Virus record (IMG/VR): IMGVR_UViG_3300002925_000021
Span: 79,884 to 102,884 of that record
Length of the DNA stretch: 23,001 bases
Reading direction: 5' to 3' (one strand)
From: a virus
The notes under the pieces are model-generated. The model worked only from the letters and a program-made list of their open reading frames with translations. It did no database searches and was not told the DNA's origin. Positions 7,398 to 17,605 of the stretch are shown piece by piece. Every line of letters begins with the position of its first letter. Position 1 is the stretch's first letter. Both the position numbers and the translations under genes were made by a program.

Positions 7398-9311
7398 TCA
7401 GATAAGGGACATATCAAGGATGGTGATCGTAGCGTAGAAGTCCGAACGGACCATCTTCTTGCCGTACCGGGTCATCACACCCTTGCGTGGAGTGAAATCC
7501 TCCTGGGCGTAGATGACAGGTGTCAGGATAAGAGGCACATATGGTGCGTAGATGTACCCAGACTCAAGGAAGGTATTGCCCTTCAGACCGATAAGAATCT
7601 TGTTTGATGGGAAGTACGGATCCTTGTAAACCACATAGCGGTTGTTCAGGGTTCCGATTGCCTCGGCTCCAATGGACATGCTATCCTTAACCTGGCCATC
7701 CGAGTCCACCTTATACGATGGCTTATAGGCCACAAGGTGTTCAAGGATGGTTGCCACATCAGGGCTAACCACAATGAAGTTTCCGCTTCCACGGAGGGTC
7801 TTTTTGTGAATGGTGTTGGCAGCAGTCGTGATGGTCTCCATCAATGTCTCGTACCATTCACGCACATTTCCGAAAAATTGCGGTCCAGGCGAGAGAACAT
7901 TGTTGTGCAGTGCTTCTTGACCGGTGAACATGTTCACCATACGGCCCGGCGCACGAGACCAGTACAGGTTTGCTGCACTTGCCTGTGTCAGCAGGTCGTT
8001 CAAGATCTCACGATCAATGTCAAGCGTGATCATCTCAGACAGGATGTTTGTCAGTTCTACTTCCACATCGATCGAGTAGAAGGCCGTCAAATCCTGAGCC
8101 ATTTCTGGCGACCAGCGAGCACGCAGCTTACGGGTCGTTGCTGTTACAGCAACCGCGTCAATCTTGATGTCAACTTCTGGAATCTTCGGAGACGAATCAA
8201 TTGCGAAGTCCGTCTCAAACGATGGGATCGTCAGTGTCGAACCTTCTGCACCAACCGACAGTGCATCCGAGATTGCAGCCGATCCAGTGATGGCCGTCGT
8301 GGCTGTGCCTGCTGGCTGCGGTGCTGTACCAGCGTTCGCAACACGAAGCACAAACATAATGTGAGAACCACCCAGTGGGTTCGGGGTGAAGATACCGGTA
8401 GTCCAGTTCCAATCACCACGCTTGTTCAGCTTCCGCAGGTTCAGCACATTTTGTCCACCCTGGAAGGTATCACCCCAGGCTACAACCGAGTTGGCTGCCG
8501 TGCCAAACCCACCAATCTCAATCTGGTCCACGTTGGTCAGGTCGGTACCAACGATCTTCGTTGTGAACTCCGACGCCGACACAAACATGAAGCAGTAGTC
8601 AAAATCGTTGTTGATCAGACCGTTTTCCACTCCAGGGTCGAAGCTAACAAAGCGAGCGTTGTAACCAACGAAATCAGCAGCAGTCTTCACCGTCGCGGCC
8701 GAACCTGTGGTCCAAATGGAACCCGAAACCCAATATCCAACAGAATCAATTGAACCAACAAGGTTGCTTGCTCCCTTGTGTACTTTCGAGTACCCTGTGC
8801 CAACAAGGTCATACTGACCGCCAGTTGCCAGCGAACCCGAACGGATTGCAATACCGCTTGGCTGGTTGTAGACTGAACCACCTTTCTTGTAGGTCGAATG
8901 AGTTGCAGTGTTGCTAAGCGAAAGCCCGGCATTACCACCAACATTGTTGCCATAGGTGTAGTCCAAGTAAAAGAGCAGTCCCGAAGGAAGGCTCATTGGC
9001 TGGACCGACACAATTTCATTGGCCACAAGACCAGCGAATACGCGACGGACAATCGGGAAGGCCACATTGCTGAATCCAGCAATTTGACCCGAAGAGGTCA
9101 GAGAAGCACCACCCAGCGACAAGGAGTTTGACTCCTGAATTAGCTGTGCAGTCTGGTTCTCAAGCAGACGTGCCATTGACTCCTTCTGCATACCATGCAA
9201 ACCTTCCAGGAGCCCCGTAGCAGACCACTTGGACAGGAGCCGAGGAGAATCGGCACCAAGGCTTCGGCGGTTTACGCCTTCAGCCAATTGTGAAAGTGTG
9301 AAAGTCTTCAT
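7398..9311 (-). CDS. gp23: Major capsid protein (T4 gp23 family)
   Basis: 637 aa. KW..TGLLEG, LLENQ, FPIVRRVF, VSVQPM.LPSGLLFYLD, TRKLRARWSPE.AQDL, EIDRE-like LDIDREI, YAPYVPL, FTPRKGVMTRYG. GGAG RBS. Confidence 0.97.
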   Translation of the reverse strand: MKTFTLSQLAEGVNRRSLGADSPRLLSKWSATGLLEGLHGMQKESMARLLENQTAQLIQESNSLSLGGASLTSSGQIAGFSNVAFPIVRRVFAGLVANEIVSVQPMSLPSGLLFYLDYTYGNNVGGNAGLSLSNTATHSTYKKGGSVYNQPSGIAIRSGSLATGGQYDLVGTGYSKVHKGASNLVGSIDSVGYWVSGSIWTTGSAATVKTAADFVGYNARFVSFDPGVENGLINNDFDYCFMFVSASEFTTKIVGTDLTNVDQIEIGGFGTAANSVVAWGDTFQGGQNVLNLRKLNKRGDWNWTTGIFTPNPLGGSHIMFVLRVANAGTAPQPAGTATTAITGSAAISDALSVGAEGSTLTIPSFETDFAIDSSPKIPEVDIKIDAVAVTATTRKLRARWSPEMAQDLTAFYSIDVEVELTNILSEMITLDIDREILNDLLTQASAANLYWSRAPGRMVNMFTGQEALHNNVLSPGPQFFGNVREWYETLMETITTAANTIHKKTLRGSGNFIVVSPDVATILEHLVAYKPSYKVDSDGQVKDSMSIGAEAIGTLNNRYVVYKDPYFPSNKILIGLKGNTFLESGYIYAPYVPLILTPVIYAQEDFTPRKGVMTRYGKKMVRSDFYATITILDMSLI

Positions 9312-9349
9312 CGAAATTCTCCGATATTCCTTCTCTTGGTAAATAGAGG

Positions 9350-11407
9350 TTATTTACGCCTAATTCCGGCCAATTCCATCAGACGGTTGCGTTCTGCTTC
9401 CACCAAGACAGCACCTTCGTAATGGTTAACGCTCTCGTTGAGCTTGGCTCCGCTTGAAGCGCCAACCTTTGAAGACGAACCAGCCCTAAGCTTTGCCTTC
9501 TGAATGTTCTCAAGCACTGTCTTTATCCGACCGTAGATAGCCTTGACCTCATCAACAGTCGTTCCTCTGTCCAAGTGCTCCACAATTCTCTGTTTCTGTT
9601 CCTTGGTCAGATTCTTGTTATTCAAGAAAGGCTGTAGATGCACAACCTTTGCATTGAAAAGTTCTTCTTGAACAAGCTTGGCTTTGAGAACACGGTTCTC
9701 TTTCAAAGCCTTGCGTGTTAGACCACGCCTGATTGCTTCTTTCAGTGGTCGTTCCTTCTCGTGTTCATCATCGACGATGATCTCTTCGTCATCCTTGTCC
9801 TCGCCATCGTCGGCGTCGGCACTGAGTGCAACAAGATCATCTTCCTTGTCCTCATCCTCATCCTCGTCCGAGATTTCGATCTCATCGTCATCGCTCAGCT
9901 TGCTCAATTCGGGAACAAGATCTGCAAGATCAAAGTTGAAGTTGACAACAACATCATCTTCCTCATTCATCGCAGACTTGCGTTCGCCAGTACCAGAAAG
10001 ATCTTCTCTTTCCATTGACATCCCACATTCCTCCAGTTGCTCCTGAAGATCCTTAATCTTCTTCTTCAGAGCTTCTGCCTTGATCTTCTTGGTCTGTTCA
10101 GCCAAAGCCTTGGCATTCACAGCCACCGATTCTCTCTTAGGATGACCAGTCGAGGAATAATCAACCTCTTCCTCCGAACCTGTATCCTTTGAATGTTCAA
10201 TATTCTCGAAAACTTCCTCGTCTGGAATAGACGATGCAGCCCCTGCAAGATCCTGCTTCCCTGGCTCTGCAGCCAACGAATCACTAAAATCCTGAGAAAT
10301 AAGAGCCTTCAGTTCCTCTTCAAGCGCCTTCAAGGCGGCAGCTTCGGTCTTCAAAGTCACAGTGGGCTTTGAAACCTTCATTGCATGAGTACCAGCCTTG
10401 TCAGCCGCAGTCTCTTGAACATTATCCACCTTCATAGGCTTCTCAGTATCGTAAACGTCGGCTGGAGAGGTGACCGGACCACCGGGGAGGGTCTCGCTCT
10501 CAGCGAGCATCTTTGCTGCCATTTCCTTGAGTGACTTCCTTGCCATTGTGTCCGTACCTTTTGTTTTCAAATAAGTATTCGCTACAACTACTTCTTTCAG
10601 TTTACAGTGCAAAATTTCCAGCCTATTCTCCGAAATCTTCTTTAACCGTTGAGAAACGAGTTTCTTGGCTGCGAGCGATTCCAAGCTTTCAAGAAGCTGA
10701 AACAAGTTTTCCTGGAGGGCTTCCTTCACCAGCGAAGGAATGCCTGTTTTTGTGGAATAAGCTTGATGAACTTTCTTTGCTGTCCTTTCTAGTGATTCAG
10801 CAAAAAGTTCATAAGTCTCTTCCATAGCTGGTTGAGGTTCAGTGCTTCCTTCAGCACCAGTTGGAAAAGACATAAGTTCACTATTTCCAATCGTTTCAGT
10901 CCCAGGAACAGGAGTAACCCCGGCATTTCCCCCGGCCGGGTTCACATCAACAGGTGTTGGCGATGGCATCCCTCCAGGAACATTAGGAGCTTCAGCAGAA
11001 CCAGAACTCTCATCGCCGGTTTCTTCGCCAGGTTCAACAGGCACAAACAAGTCGTCAAAATCAACGATCAACTTGCCATCCGGTCCAGGCATTGGAATAT
11101 TCAGGGCATCAGCTCCAGTCACCTTGATAGGTGCATCCATAGAACCACCAACGACAGCAGCACTGCCAGCAGCAGCGGAACCATCAGGAACAGTCATTCC
11201 GCCTGAACCAGCACCGGCAACAGGTGGCACCGTCGCCAAGGTCTTGTCTTCCTCTTGAAAAAGAGAATTGGACTTTCCTGCAAGCTCAGACACGATTAAC
11301 TTCCGAATGTGCGGCGTAATATCCTCAATAATAGCGTTCTTTGCGTCTTGTTCCGCTATTTGCTTCAGCTTTTTTGCTTCTACGAGTGCTTCGTCGTACA
11401 GTGACAT
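9350..11407 (-). CDS. Prohead core / scaffolding protein (gp22-like), unusually long
   Basis: 685 aa, directly upstream of the capsid gene. Coiled-coil and very acidic stretches; N-terminal L..EALVEAKKLK..AE..AK; C-terminal LNES...RLMELAGI. Confidence 0.75.
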   Translation of the reverse strand: MSLYDEALVEAKKLKQIAEQDAKNAIIEDITPHIRKLIVSELAGKSNSLFQEEDKTLATVPPVAGAGSGGMTVPDGSAAAGSAAVVGGSMDAPIKVTGADALNIPMPGPDGKLIVDFDDLFVPVEPGEETGDESSGSAEAPNVPGGMPSPTPVDVNPAGGNAGVTPVPGTETIGNSELMSFPTGAEGSTEPQPAMEETYELFAESLERTAKKVHQAYSTKTGIPSLVKEALQENLFQLLESLESLAAKKLVSQRLKKISENRLEILHCKLKEVVVANTYLKTKGTDTMARKSLKEMAAKMLAESETLPGGPVTSPADVYDTEKPMKVDNVQETAADKAGTHAMKVSKPTVTLKTEAAALKALEEELKALISQDFSDSLAAEPGKQDLAGAASSIPDEEVFENIEHSKDTGSEEEVDYSSTGHPKRESVAVNAKALAEQTKKIKAEALKKKIKDLQEQLEECGMSMEREDLSGTGERKSAMNEEDDVVVNFNFDLADLVPELSKLSDDDEIEISDEDEDEDKEDDLVALSADADDGEDKDDEEIIVDDEHEKERPLKEAIRRGLTRKALKENRVLKAKLVQEELFNAKVVHLQPFLNNKNLTKEQKQRIVEHLDRGTTVDEVKAIYGRIKTVLENIQKAKLRAGSSSKVGASSGAKLNESVNHYEGAVLVEAERNRLMELAGIRRK

Positions 11408-11444
11408 CTCTGTTCCCTCTCAGCCCTGCGGGCAGAAACAACAA

Positions 11445-11942
11445 TCACCTTGGGGTGCTTCTACCAAAAATTAGATTCCCAATTGTTTGGCGCGCAATGT
11501 TCACCGAGGTGGTCGATGGAGAAGCCAAGCCATCTCCGACACCGGCCCCCCCACTACCCCTCCTGATAAAAGCAGGATTAATGGTTGGAATGTTTCGTGG
11601 GTTAAGACCTGGCCCTGGAGACGCAGGTGTTGGACAGTAAGGTGTTCCAGGAAGCCCGCCGCCGCCAACAACTACAGTGCTCAAATCAGGAGCATCCTGG
11701 TAGTCAATGTTGACCGTACCAAAGGTATGGCCGCCATCATTGGCTACAGGTGCTTGAACGATTGCTTGATAAGCTGCAATCACTTCGCTGTCCCCGTAGG
11801 TACCATCATAGGCCGGTGAACCAGGGTACATTGCCTTCAATGCAGCATAATCGGCACTGCCTGGAGCAAAAAGGCCAAGTCCAATAGTGGCAGTTCCACC
11901 CTTAGCATGAGGTTCAGTGAGAAGTTGACGATGTGAAGGCAT
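11445..11942 (-). CDS. Pro/Gly-rich hypothetical protein in the head module
   Basis: 165 aa, AAAGGA RBS, TAATTA motif upstream, co-oriented with head genes. Confidence 0.7.
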   Translation of the reverse strand: MPSHRQLLTEPHAKGGTATIGLGLFAPGSADYAALKAMYPGSPAYDGTYGDSEVIAAYQAIVQAPVANDGGHTFGTVNIDYQDAPDLSTVVVGGGGLPGTPYCPTPASPGPGLNPRNIPTINPAFIRRGSGGAGVGDGLASPSTTSVNIARQTIGNLIFGRSTPR

Positions 11943-11965
11943 TTGAAGTTATCCTTTGTTCCTAA

Positions 11966-12427
11966 TTATCGACCGTTTCCAATTTTGTCTTTTCTGCCAA
12001 AAGCAAGAGCAGCCCAACGGTCCTTAGCGGCAAAAGCACCAAGTTGTGCTTGATCAAATGCGCGTTCCTCAGGCAGGACTACCCCCTCCATCACTTCACC
12101 ACCACCACCGGCTATCTGAGCCGACAGTTGCTTCTGGAGTGTTGTACGAGCTGTATCAGCAATAATCCCCTCAAATAGAGAGGCCTTGCTGGGATCTCCT
12201 TTTGAGACAAGTTGAGTAGCAACCCTCACAGCTTCATTCAATCGTGTATTTGGAGTCATACCAAGGCGACCAGCTTGGCCCTGATGATTGGGCATCTTTA
12301 CATGCTGTTCTCCAACACAAGGTGACATCGTTGGAATTGCGGCGCCTTGGAAAATCTTACCTTCCTGCACCAATTCCAGGATGCATTCCTTCAGTATTGT
12401 TTTGAATTCATCTCTCTTGAGCTTCAT
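11966..12427 (-). CDS. Hypothetical head-module protein
   Basis: 153 aa starting 2 nt after the protease stop; N-terminus MKLKRDEFKTILKECILE. Confidence 0.75.
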   Translation of the reverse strand: MKLKRDEFKTILKECILELVQEGKIFQGAAIPTMSPCVGEQHVKMPNHQGQAGRLGMTPNTRLNEAVRVATQLVSKGDPSKASLFEGIIADTARTTLQKQLSAQIAGGGGEVMEGVVLPEERAFDQAQLGAFAAKDRWAALAFGRKDKIGNGR

Positions 12428-12429
12428 GC

Positions 12430-13050
12430 TTATTTGCCCTTCTTAAGCGCCAGAACTTCGTTGGCCACTCGATCAAGCCTATCTGATTTGGTAAATAGAA
12501 CCCTAAGTTCACTATCCGAATAGCTCTTTGCTTCCTGCATCATGAAGGCTCCATGAGTGCTCGGTTCAGATACGATATCCCAACAGACAAGGAACAGATC
12601 ATCCTGAACGACATTCGCATCTCCACGCTTTTGGACGGAACCCAAGGCACGGGAGGAAATGCCGACTTTGATGTCATTCTTGAACAGACCCTTCAAGTTT
12701 TTGCCTTGATCCAAGTCCTCAAGAACCTCAATCTCTCCCCAGAGATCATTGCCTTCCCACCAGATTTCGGTGATAACATGGGAAACATTCTGTAGGTTCA
12801 CAACGGGGGAGTCGGCATGATCCAATTCCCCTGTTGCCCTACGTTCCCTTACCATGGTCATGTAATTGTTGACTTCCTTTTCCAGAATGTGACGTGGGTA
12901 AATCCGACCGTTCTGGTTCAAGGCGTCAGCTCTCTGAATAACACCACGAACAAGGAGATTACCGTACTTCGACAGACGAGGCTTGCCTTCACTGTCAACT
13001 GGTTTTTGGTACTTGAATTCAGCGTATTCCTGGAGCAGTAGCTTACTCAT
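12430..13050 (-). CDS. gp21: Prohead protease (T4 gp21 family)
   Basis: N.NGRIYP, GELDH (catalytic His), VSHVI, GISSRALGS (catalytic Ser), WDIVSEPST..A. Confidence 0.95.
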   Translation of the reverse strand: MSKLLLQEYAEFKYQKPVDSEGKPRLSKYGNLLVRGVIQRADALNQNGRIYPRHILEKEVNNYMTMVRERRATGELDHADSPVVNLQNVSHVITEIWWEGNDLWGEIEVLEDLDQGKNLKGLFKNDIKVGISSRALGSVQKRGDANVVQDDLFLVCWDIVSEPSTHGAFMMQEAKSYSDSELRVLFTKSDRLDRVANEVLALKKGK

Positions 13051-13948
13051 TGGTATTCAGCTCCTCTTCGAGCTTTGAGACTGTCATGTAAAAAGTCATA
13101 AGCTTGTCATCCGGGTTGCTCGTGTCCCGGTAATCCTCTTGAAGCATTCCATGGATCTCTTTGAGCTTATGACTCACCTTCTTTGCCTGTTCATCCCAAG
13201 CAAGAGCTTTCTCGATACCAGAAGTCACTCTTTTCCGAAGCCCCTCCAAACTCTCCACCAGAGCAACCTTGGATTCTGCACTATCATTCGAAAACACGTA
13301 GAGTTGAAGAAGCCTTTTTTGTTCTGGGTTCAGAGAAGAACTGAACTTCTTGTTCAGCTTCTCAGCCATCAGATTGACCACCAAACCGTCCACCTCTGTC
13401 TCTGACATCTGAAGGACGTCCTTCTTCTCTGTCCGTGGGGATTGTGTAAGGTGCTGAATAAGCTTATCTTCCAACTGAGCAACTTCACTGAGATTTTCTG
13501 TCAGAATGCTCCCCCTCCAATGATTCAGCAAAACTTGGATAGTGGCATAATCTCGGTAATCTAAAACTTCCTGGTCAAAAAACTTGGGATCACCAAGTTG
13601 TTGATTGATCTCATGCAACAAAGCAGTCTTCTCCAGGTCAATACGAGCCTGGGACTGTAGTTTGCAAACTTGTTTGGCCTGTTCAATCAAAGACGATGCT
13701 GCTTCCCGAGATTGCAGTTTGGTTTCATACAAAGACGTAAAAAGGCAAAGTTCTCGATGAAGGTCTGTGCCCTTTCGGAAATGCTTGGAGAACAACTCTT
13801 TAGCTTTCCTAAGGTCAACGTCCCTATGTTCGATAATGGCACGAGCCATATATCGAGCAAAAAATTCGTTGATTAGGCCAACATTTCGCTTTTTGTTGTG
13901 TTTCAACATCTCAGGAGATTCCTTTGGGAACCAAGCAGGCGCTCCCAC
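13043..13948 (-). CDS. Conserved hypothetical protein between portal and protease
   Basis: 301 aa (alternative ATG 13909, MLKHNKKRNVG); helical; overlaps the protease start by 8 nt. Confidence 0.75.
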   Translation of the reverse strand: MGAPAWFPKESPEMLKHNKKRNVGLINEFFARYMARAIIEHRDVDLRKAKELFSKHFRKGTDLHRELCLFTSLYETKLQSREAASSLIEQAKQVCKLQSQARIDLEKTALLHEINQQLGDPKFFDQEVLDYRDYATIQVLLNHWRGSILTENLSEVAQLEDKLIQHLTQSPRTEKKDVLQMSETEVDGLVVNLMAEKLNKKFSSSLNPEQKRLLQLYVFSNDSAESKVALVESLEGLRKRVTSGIEKALAWDEQAKKVSHKLKEIHGMLQEDYRDTSNPDDKLMTFYMTVSKLEEELNTNE

Positions 13949-14001
13949 ACCCTCGTGTCGTGGATAATTAGTTTGATGAGATTGAGAATTGGAACATGTT
14001 C

Positions 14002-16182
14002 TTAGCTGTTCGGTTCAGAACCATCAGGACTTTTCAGGTCCAAGCCCAATTCGGCCAATTCCTTTAGGTTCGGAAGATGATCGGCTTCAGTTGAAACCGA
14101 TTCCTCCAGAATGATCTCGTCCAATTCATCCCCCGTCTGAGTTTCTTTCACTATTATATCCTGTAGAGCTGCGGACATGTCCGCAGCGGAAACCTCTTCA
14201 ACAGAACGAGCAATTACCGGTTCTTGTTCTTCAGTCAGGATGTGAATGTCCACCGGAAGTTCATTCTTTGTAGCCCTAACAGATCGGTCAAACCTCTCTA
14301 GCATGGACCGCATTTCCTTAGAGAGATATGCTTCTTTAGTAATACCAATATGCAGGTCTCTCTTCATGACTTCCTGAAATGGATTCTTCAGGAATTCAGT
14401 ATCATACAGGTCTCGGAGAGATGCATTCTTGCTTGGGTGCAGCATTTTCCTAAAATCAGGTTGGTGAGCCTGTTTCTCAAGTTCAGACCTCCTTCGAGCC
14501 TGATTCCTCTTATCCATCCGCACCTGCGGATTATCTTTGATAGGTGCCTCTTTAGAGTCAACAGGGAACTTCGGCGGTTCACTTGGTGCAATTGAAGGCG
14601 GAACAAAAACGCCATTTACATCCAAGTTGGCTGTCGAAGGCGGAAGTGCGTTATCCTGTGTTGGCATTCCGCCTGGAAGTCCATATGTGGTACTGTCAAA
14701 AGGATCCACAGTGTTCTGACCGGTGTTGTCCGGTTCCGTAATGGCATCCAGTTCGGCAGCAAACCGTTTATCTTCCTTTAGCTTCTCCCGAAGACCTTTG
14801 ATTTCATCCTTGGTAAAGCCAAGAATCTCCTTATAGAGCCATTCCATCGGAAGGAATTTGGTCTCAATCTGTTCAACAGAAGCAATAATGTCGATCTTTG
14901 TCTTCCAAAGATCCAGCTTTTGTTGCAGAGCAATCGTTGAAGGATTTGATAGCCTCAATTCAAAGTCAATAAGGTCTTCCCCGTCAAATCCCTTGGCATA
15001 CAAGTGAAGAATTGCCAGTTTATTCAATTCAGAAATGACGATTTTCTGAATGATCTGAATGGTACGAGAGAATCGGATGTCCTCCTGAGCAAGAGTGGCC
15101 TTGGAGGAAAGCATTTCGTCATATCCAAGATATGCCTTTGGCACTCCAAGAGCAGCAAAAAGCTGAGACTGGATGATCTCAATATCCTCGGTTGCTGTTT
15201 GGTGATTCCCCCCTTGGAGAGTGTCAATCCTGGTCCCTGAGTTGGCACCGCGAACTGGGACAACGTAGTCCTCAAGAACATCGGTTGGGTTAAACCTCTC
15301 ATCAAGACGTCCCGTTTCCTTATCAACGGCCATGTTTCCACGGATGGTGGACATGACAGTTTGCATGTAGTTTGGGATGTCGTTAGGGGCAACCGTTCCT
15401 ACATCTACATAAAACACCCTACGCTCTGGCGACCTCACAAGCCGGTAAACCAGCATGGCATCGAGCATCATGACGTACTGCCTCCAGATACGTCTTGCTG
15501 CCTCTAAAATGGACGTGCCATAAGGAGCAAACTGGTCATTTCCTTGAATACGGAAATGGGTAACCTGCCAGTTCTCAAGCGTCTTCTGGCCCAGTTTATG
15601 CCAACGAAAACGGACAGCATAAGGGTCTGAAGGATCAAAACCCTCATCCCGTTCAACCTCGTTCACGTTCATGGCCATCACGTTGACCACACCAACCCCT
15701 GGGGCTACCTCGTTATAGAGAAAAAGATCTCCATATTTCAAGAGGTTGCGAACCCAGACTCGAAGATTGAAGTCAACATTCAGAATGTCGTAGAAGAGTT
15801 CCTCTAGGGCTTCCTTGATTTGCTGGTTGTCGGAGTAAATGTGAAAGTTCTTTCCGTTCTCATCTCCCGAGCAAGCTTCATCCGCTTGAATGTCAAGTGC
15901 CTTGGAGATGATCGGAGTGTACTCCATCTCAGCAAACTCCATGTACCGAGCCATTCTGGACATAATGTCCGAACCGCCCAACATGGAAAATGGTGAATTG
16001 TGAGACGTGCCACGACGGAACGGGATTAACCCATTGCCACTCCCAGGCCTTGCAGCCAAAATAGCCTGTTTGTCATAATACCCCGAATCATCGTATCCAC
16101 GAATCTTTCTACGAATGGAAGGACCAGATCGAAAAAGTCTAGTTAGGCGAGAAAAGAAAGATTCATCACGAGGTGGTGCCAT
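14002..16182 (-). CDS. gp20: Portal vertex protein (T4 gp20 family) with long C-terminal extension
   Basis: ALDIQADE, LKYGD, DAMLVYRLVRSPERRVFYVDVG, EDYVVPVRG, IDTLQGG, ALGVPKAYLG. Confidence 0.95.
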   Translation of the reverse strand: MAPPRDESFFSRLTRLFRSGPSIRRKIRGYDDSGYYDKQAILAARPGSGNGLIPFRRGTSHNSPFSMLGGSDIMSRMARYMEFAEMEYTPIISKALDIQADEACSGDENGKNFHIYSDNQQIKEALEELFYDILNVDFNLRVWVRNLLKYGDLFLYNEVAPGVGVVNVMAMNVNEVERDEGFDPSDPYAVRFRWHKLGQKTLENWQVTHFRIQGNDQFAPYGTSILEAARRIWRQYVMMLDAMLVYRLVRSPERRVFYVDVGTVAPNDIPNYMQTVMSTIRGNMAVDKETGRLDERFNPTDVLEDYVVPVRGANSGTRIDTLQGGNHQTATEDIEIIQSQLFAALGVPKAYLGYDEMLSSKATLAQEDIRFSRTIQIIQKIVISELNKLAILHLYAKGFDGEDLIDFELRLSNPSTIALQQKLDLWKTKIDIIASVEQIETKFLPMEWLYKEILGFTKDEIKGLREKLKEDKRFAAELDAITEPDNTGQNTVDPFDSTTYGLPGGMPTQDNALPPSTANLDVNGVFVPPSIAPSEPPKFPVDSKEAPIKDNPQVRMDKRNQARRRSELEKQAHQPDFRKMLHPSKNASLRDLYDTEFLKNPFQEVMKRDLHIGITKEAYLSKEMRSMLERFDRSVRATKNELPVDIHILTEEQEPVIARSVEEVSAADMSAALQDIIVKETQTGDELDEIILEESVSTEADHLPNLKELAELGLDLKSPDGSEPNS

Positions 16183-16259
16183 TGGATCTTATCCTGTATC
16201 CCTGGGGGAGAAGTTGTCTCAACCCCAAAATCCCATTGCAAGTTCCCACGAGGACACCT

Positions 16260-16267
16260 CTAATTAG
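16260..16267. promoter_or_regulatory. Candidate late promoter CTAATTAG, palindromic and possibly bidirectional; one of about 11 copies
   Basis: Lies between the divergent portal (16182) and 16285 genes. The same TA(A/T)TTA motif precedes most structural genes (see findings). Confidence 0.55.
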
Positions 16268-16284
16268 AGACAAAAACACCTGAA

Positions 16285-16635
16285 ATGACAATACCAGCCT
16301 TTTTGCTTCAAAGAATTGATGAAGTGATTGAGTATGTCGGTAATACCACATCCGATTACCTTATTGTTAAAAGACAGTTAATCAACATATTCCCCGTTCC
16401 CTTTCGTTCTCTTTTCTCAGCCCGGCACCCGAAGACAAAAAAGCACATCCTGAATGACTTTGATAAAGCTGTCATCGCTTATTGGGAAAAACAGACAGGG
16501 GTAAGGTTGCAGATGGATCCAAGCAAACTTCACGACCCAGAGTGGCAACATAAACCAAAGGGTTGGTCGTTGATACTAGTTAATGAAGAAAGACGAAAGC
16601 GCCGTGAGGAAGAACGAAATCGCCAGCACAAATAA
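16285..16635 (+). CDS. Hypothetical protein
   Basis: 116 aa ORF divergent from the portal, protein-like composition. Confidence 0.65.
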   Translation: MTIPAFLLQRIDEVIEYVGNTTSDYLIVKRQLINIFPVPFRSLFSARHPKTKKHILNDFDKAVIAYWEKQTGVRLQMDPSKLHDPEWQHKPKGWSLILVNEERRKRREEERNRQHK

Positions 16636-17605
16636 GATCCTCCTTCAAGAGTTCGTTGAGGCAATACTTGAAGCTGAAAATGGCAATGAACTCTACAACA
16701 CTTTCATTCAGCCTTTTTTGGACGTTGGTATCACAGCAGCCTACGGACTTGAAAAACTATCTGCTCAGGTTGGAACGGTCATCAAAGGATTCTTCCTCGG
16801 CTTGCCTACCTTGTTTGTTCCTTTCCTCGAATATGACTACAAAGCCTTCAGGGAAGAGGAAAAGGAAAAAATTGAACATATCAAGAAAAAGTACGAGAAG
16901 ACACTCCAGGCCAACCTGGATGCGATTACTTCAAATGATGCCTTTGGCCTTGCCTTCTTGCTTGCCCCCGCAACAGTCATGGGAGCTCAACTCGCTGTAA
17001 AAGTTCCAGTAGCGGGCTTGAGAGTACTTGATATACTTACGGGTGGTACTGGGGTTTTCAAGAACTTTGTGCAGTCTCTCAGCGTTCCTGCAAGCATTGG
17101 CTTCCACGATCCCGGAGGGCACGAGCGCGGTGCTTGGGCGAATATATGGGGTGGCGATACAGATTGGTATGACTACGGCATCTACGAAGAAAAGAATCTA
17201 GACCAGAAGAAGCTATCCCTGGCACTTCAAAAAGCCTTGAAAGACAAGAAGATCCTATCAGCCATTCAAAATAGCCCCATCGCTAAACAGATGAGACAGG
17301 ATGCAGTTAGTGTGATTGTTCAGCACATCCAGAGATTTATGAATCTCCAGGATTATAATGAAATGAGGAAGCTGGCCAAAGATGATGTCGGATTCGCTCA
17401 GATCAGTCAAGAACTTGCAAAGCTAAACCAGTCTGGCAAAGTACCAGTACAAGACAATCCCATAATCACCCAAGCCATGGTCCCCGAACTGAAGAAGGCT
17501 TACAAGGAGTTCTGGATCAAACAAATGCAACAACTTATCCAGAAATACCCAGAAGCAAATGCTGAACTTATCCAAGGAATCAAGCAAGTACAAGCTCTTC
17601 AATAA
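16583..17605 (+). CDS. Hypothetical protein with L-x-E leader and two hydrophobic segments
   Basis: 340 aa; N-terminal LLQEFVEAILE; TAGTTA directly before the ATG. Confidence 0.75.
   Translation: MKKDESAVRKNEIASTNKILLQEFVEAILEAENGNELYNTFIQPFLDVGITAAYGLEKLSAQVGTVIKGFFLGLPTLFVPFLEYDYKAFREEEKEKIEHIKKKYEKTLQANLDAITSNDAFGLAFLLAPATVMGAQLAVKVPVAGLRVLDILTGGTGVFKNFVQSLSVPASIGFHDPGGHERGAWANIWGGDTDWYDYGIYEEKNLDQKKLSLALQKALKDKKILSAIQNSPIAKQMRQDAVSVIVQHIQRFMNLQDYNEMRKLAKDDVGFAQISQELAKLNQSGKVPVQDNPIITQAMVPELKKAYKEFWIKQMQQLIQKYPEANAELIQGIKQVQALQ

Noticed and set aside
7737-8753. 338-aa plus-strand ORF and other long antisense ORFs (e.g. 19124-19750, 22264-22737, 4074-4568)
   Set aside because: They are shadows of well-supported genes on the opposite strand and carry no recognisable motifs.
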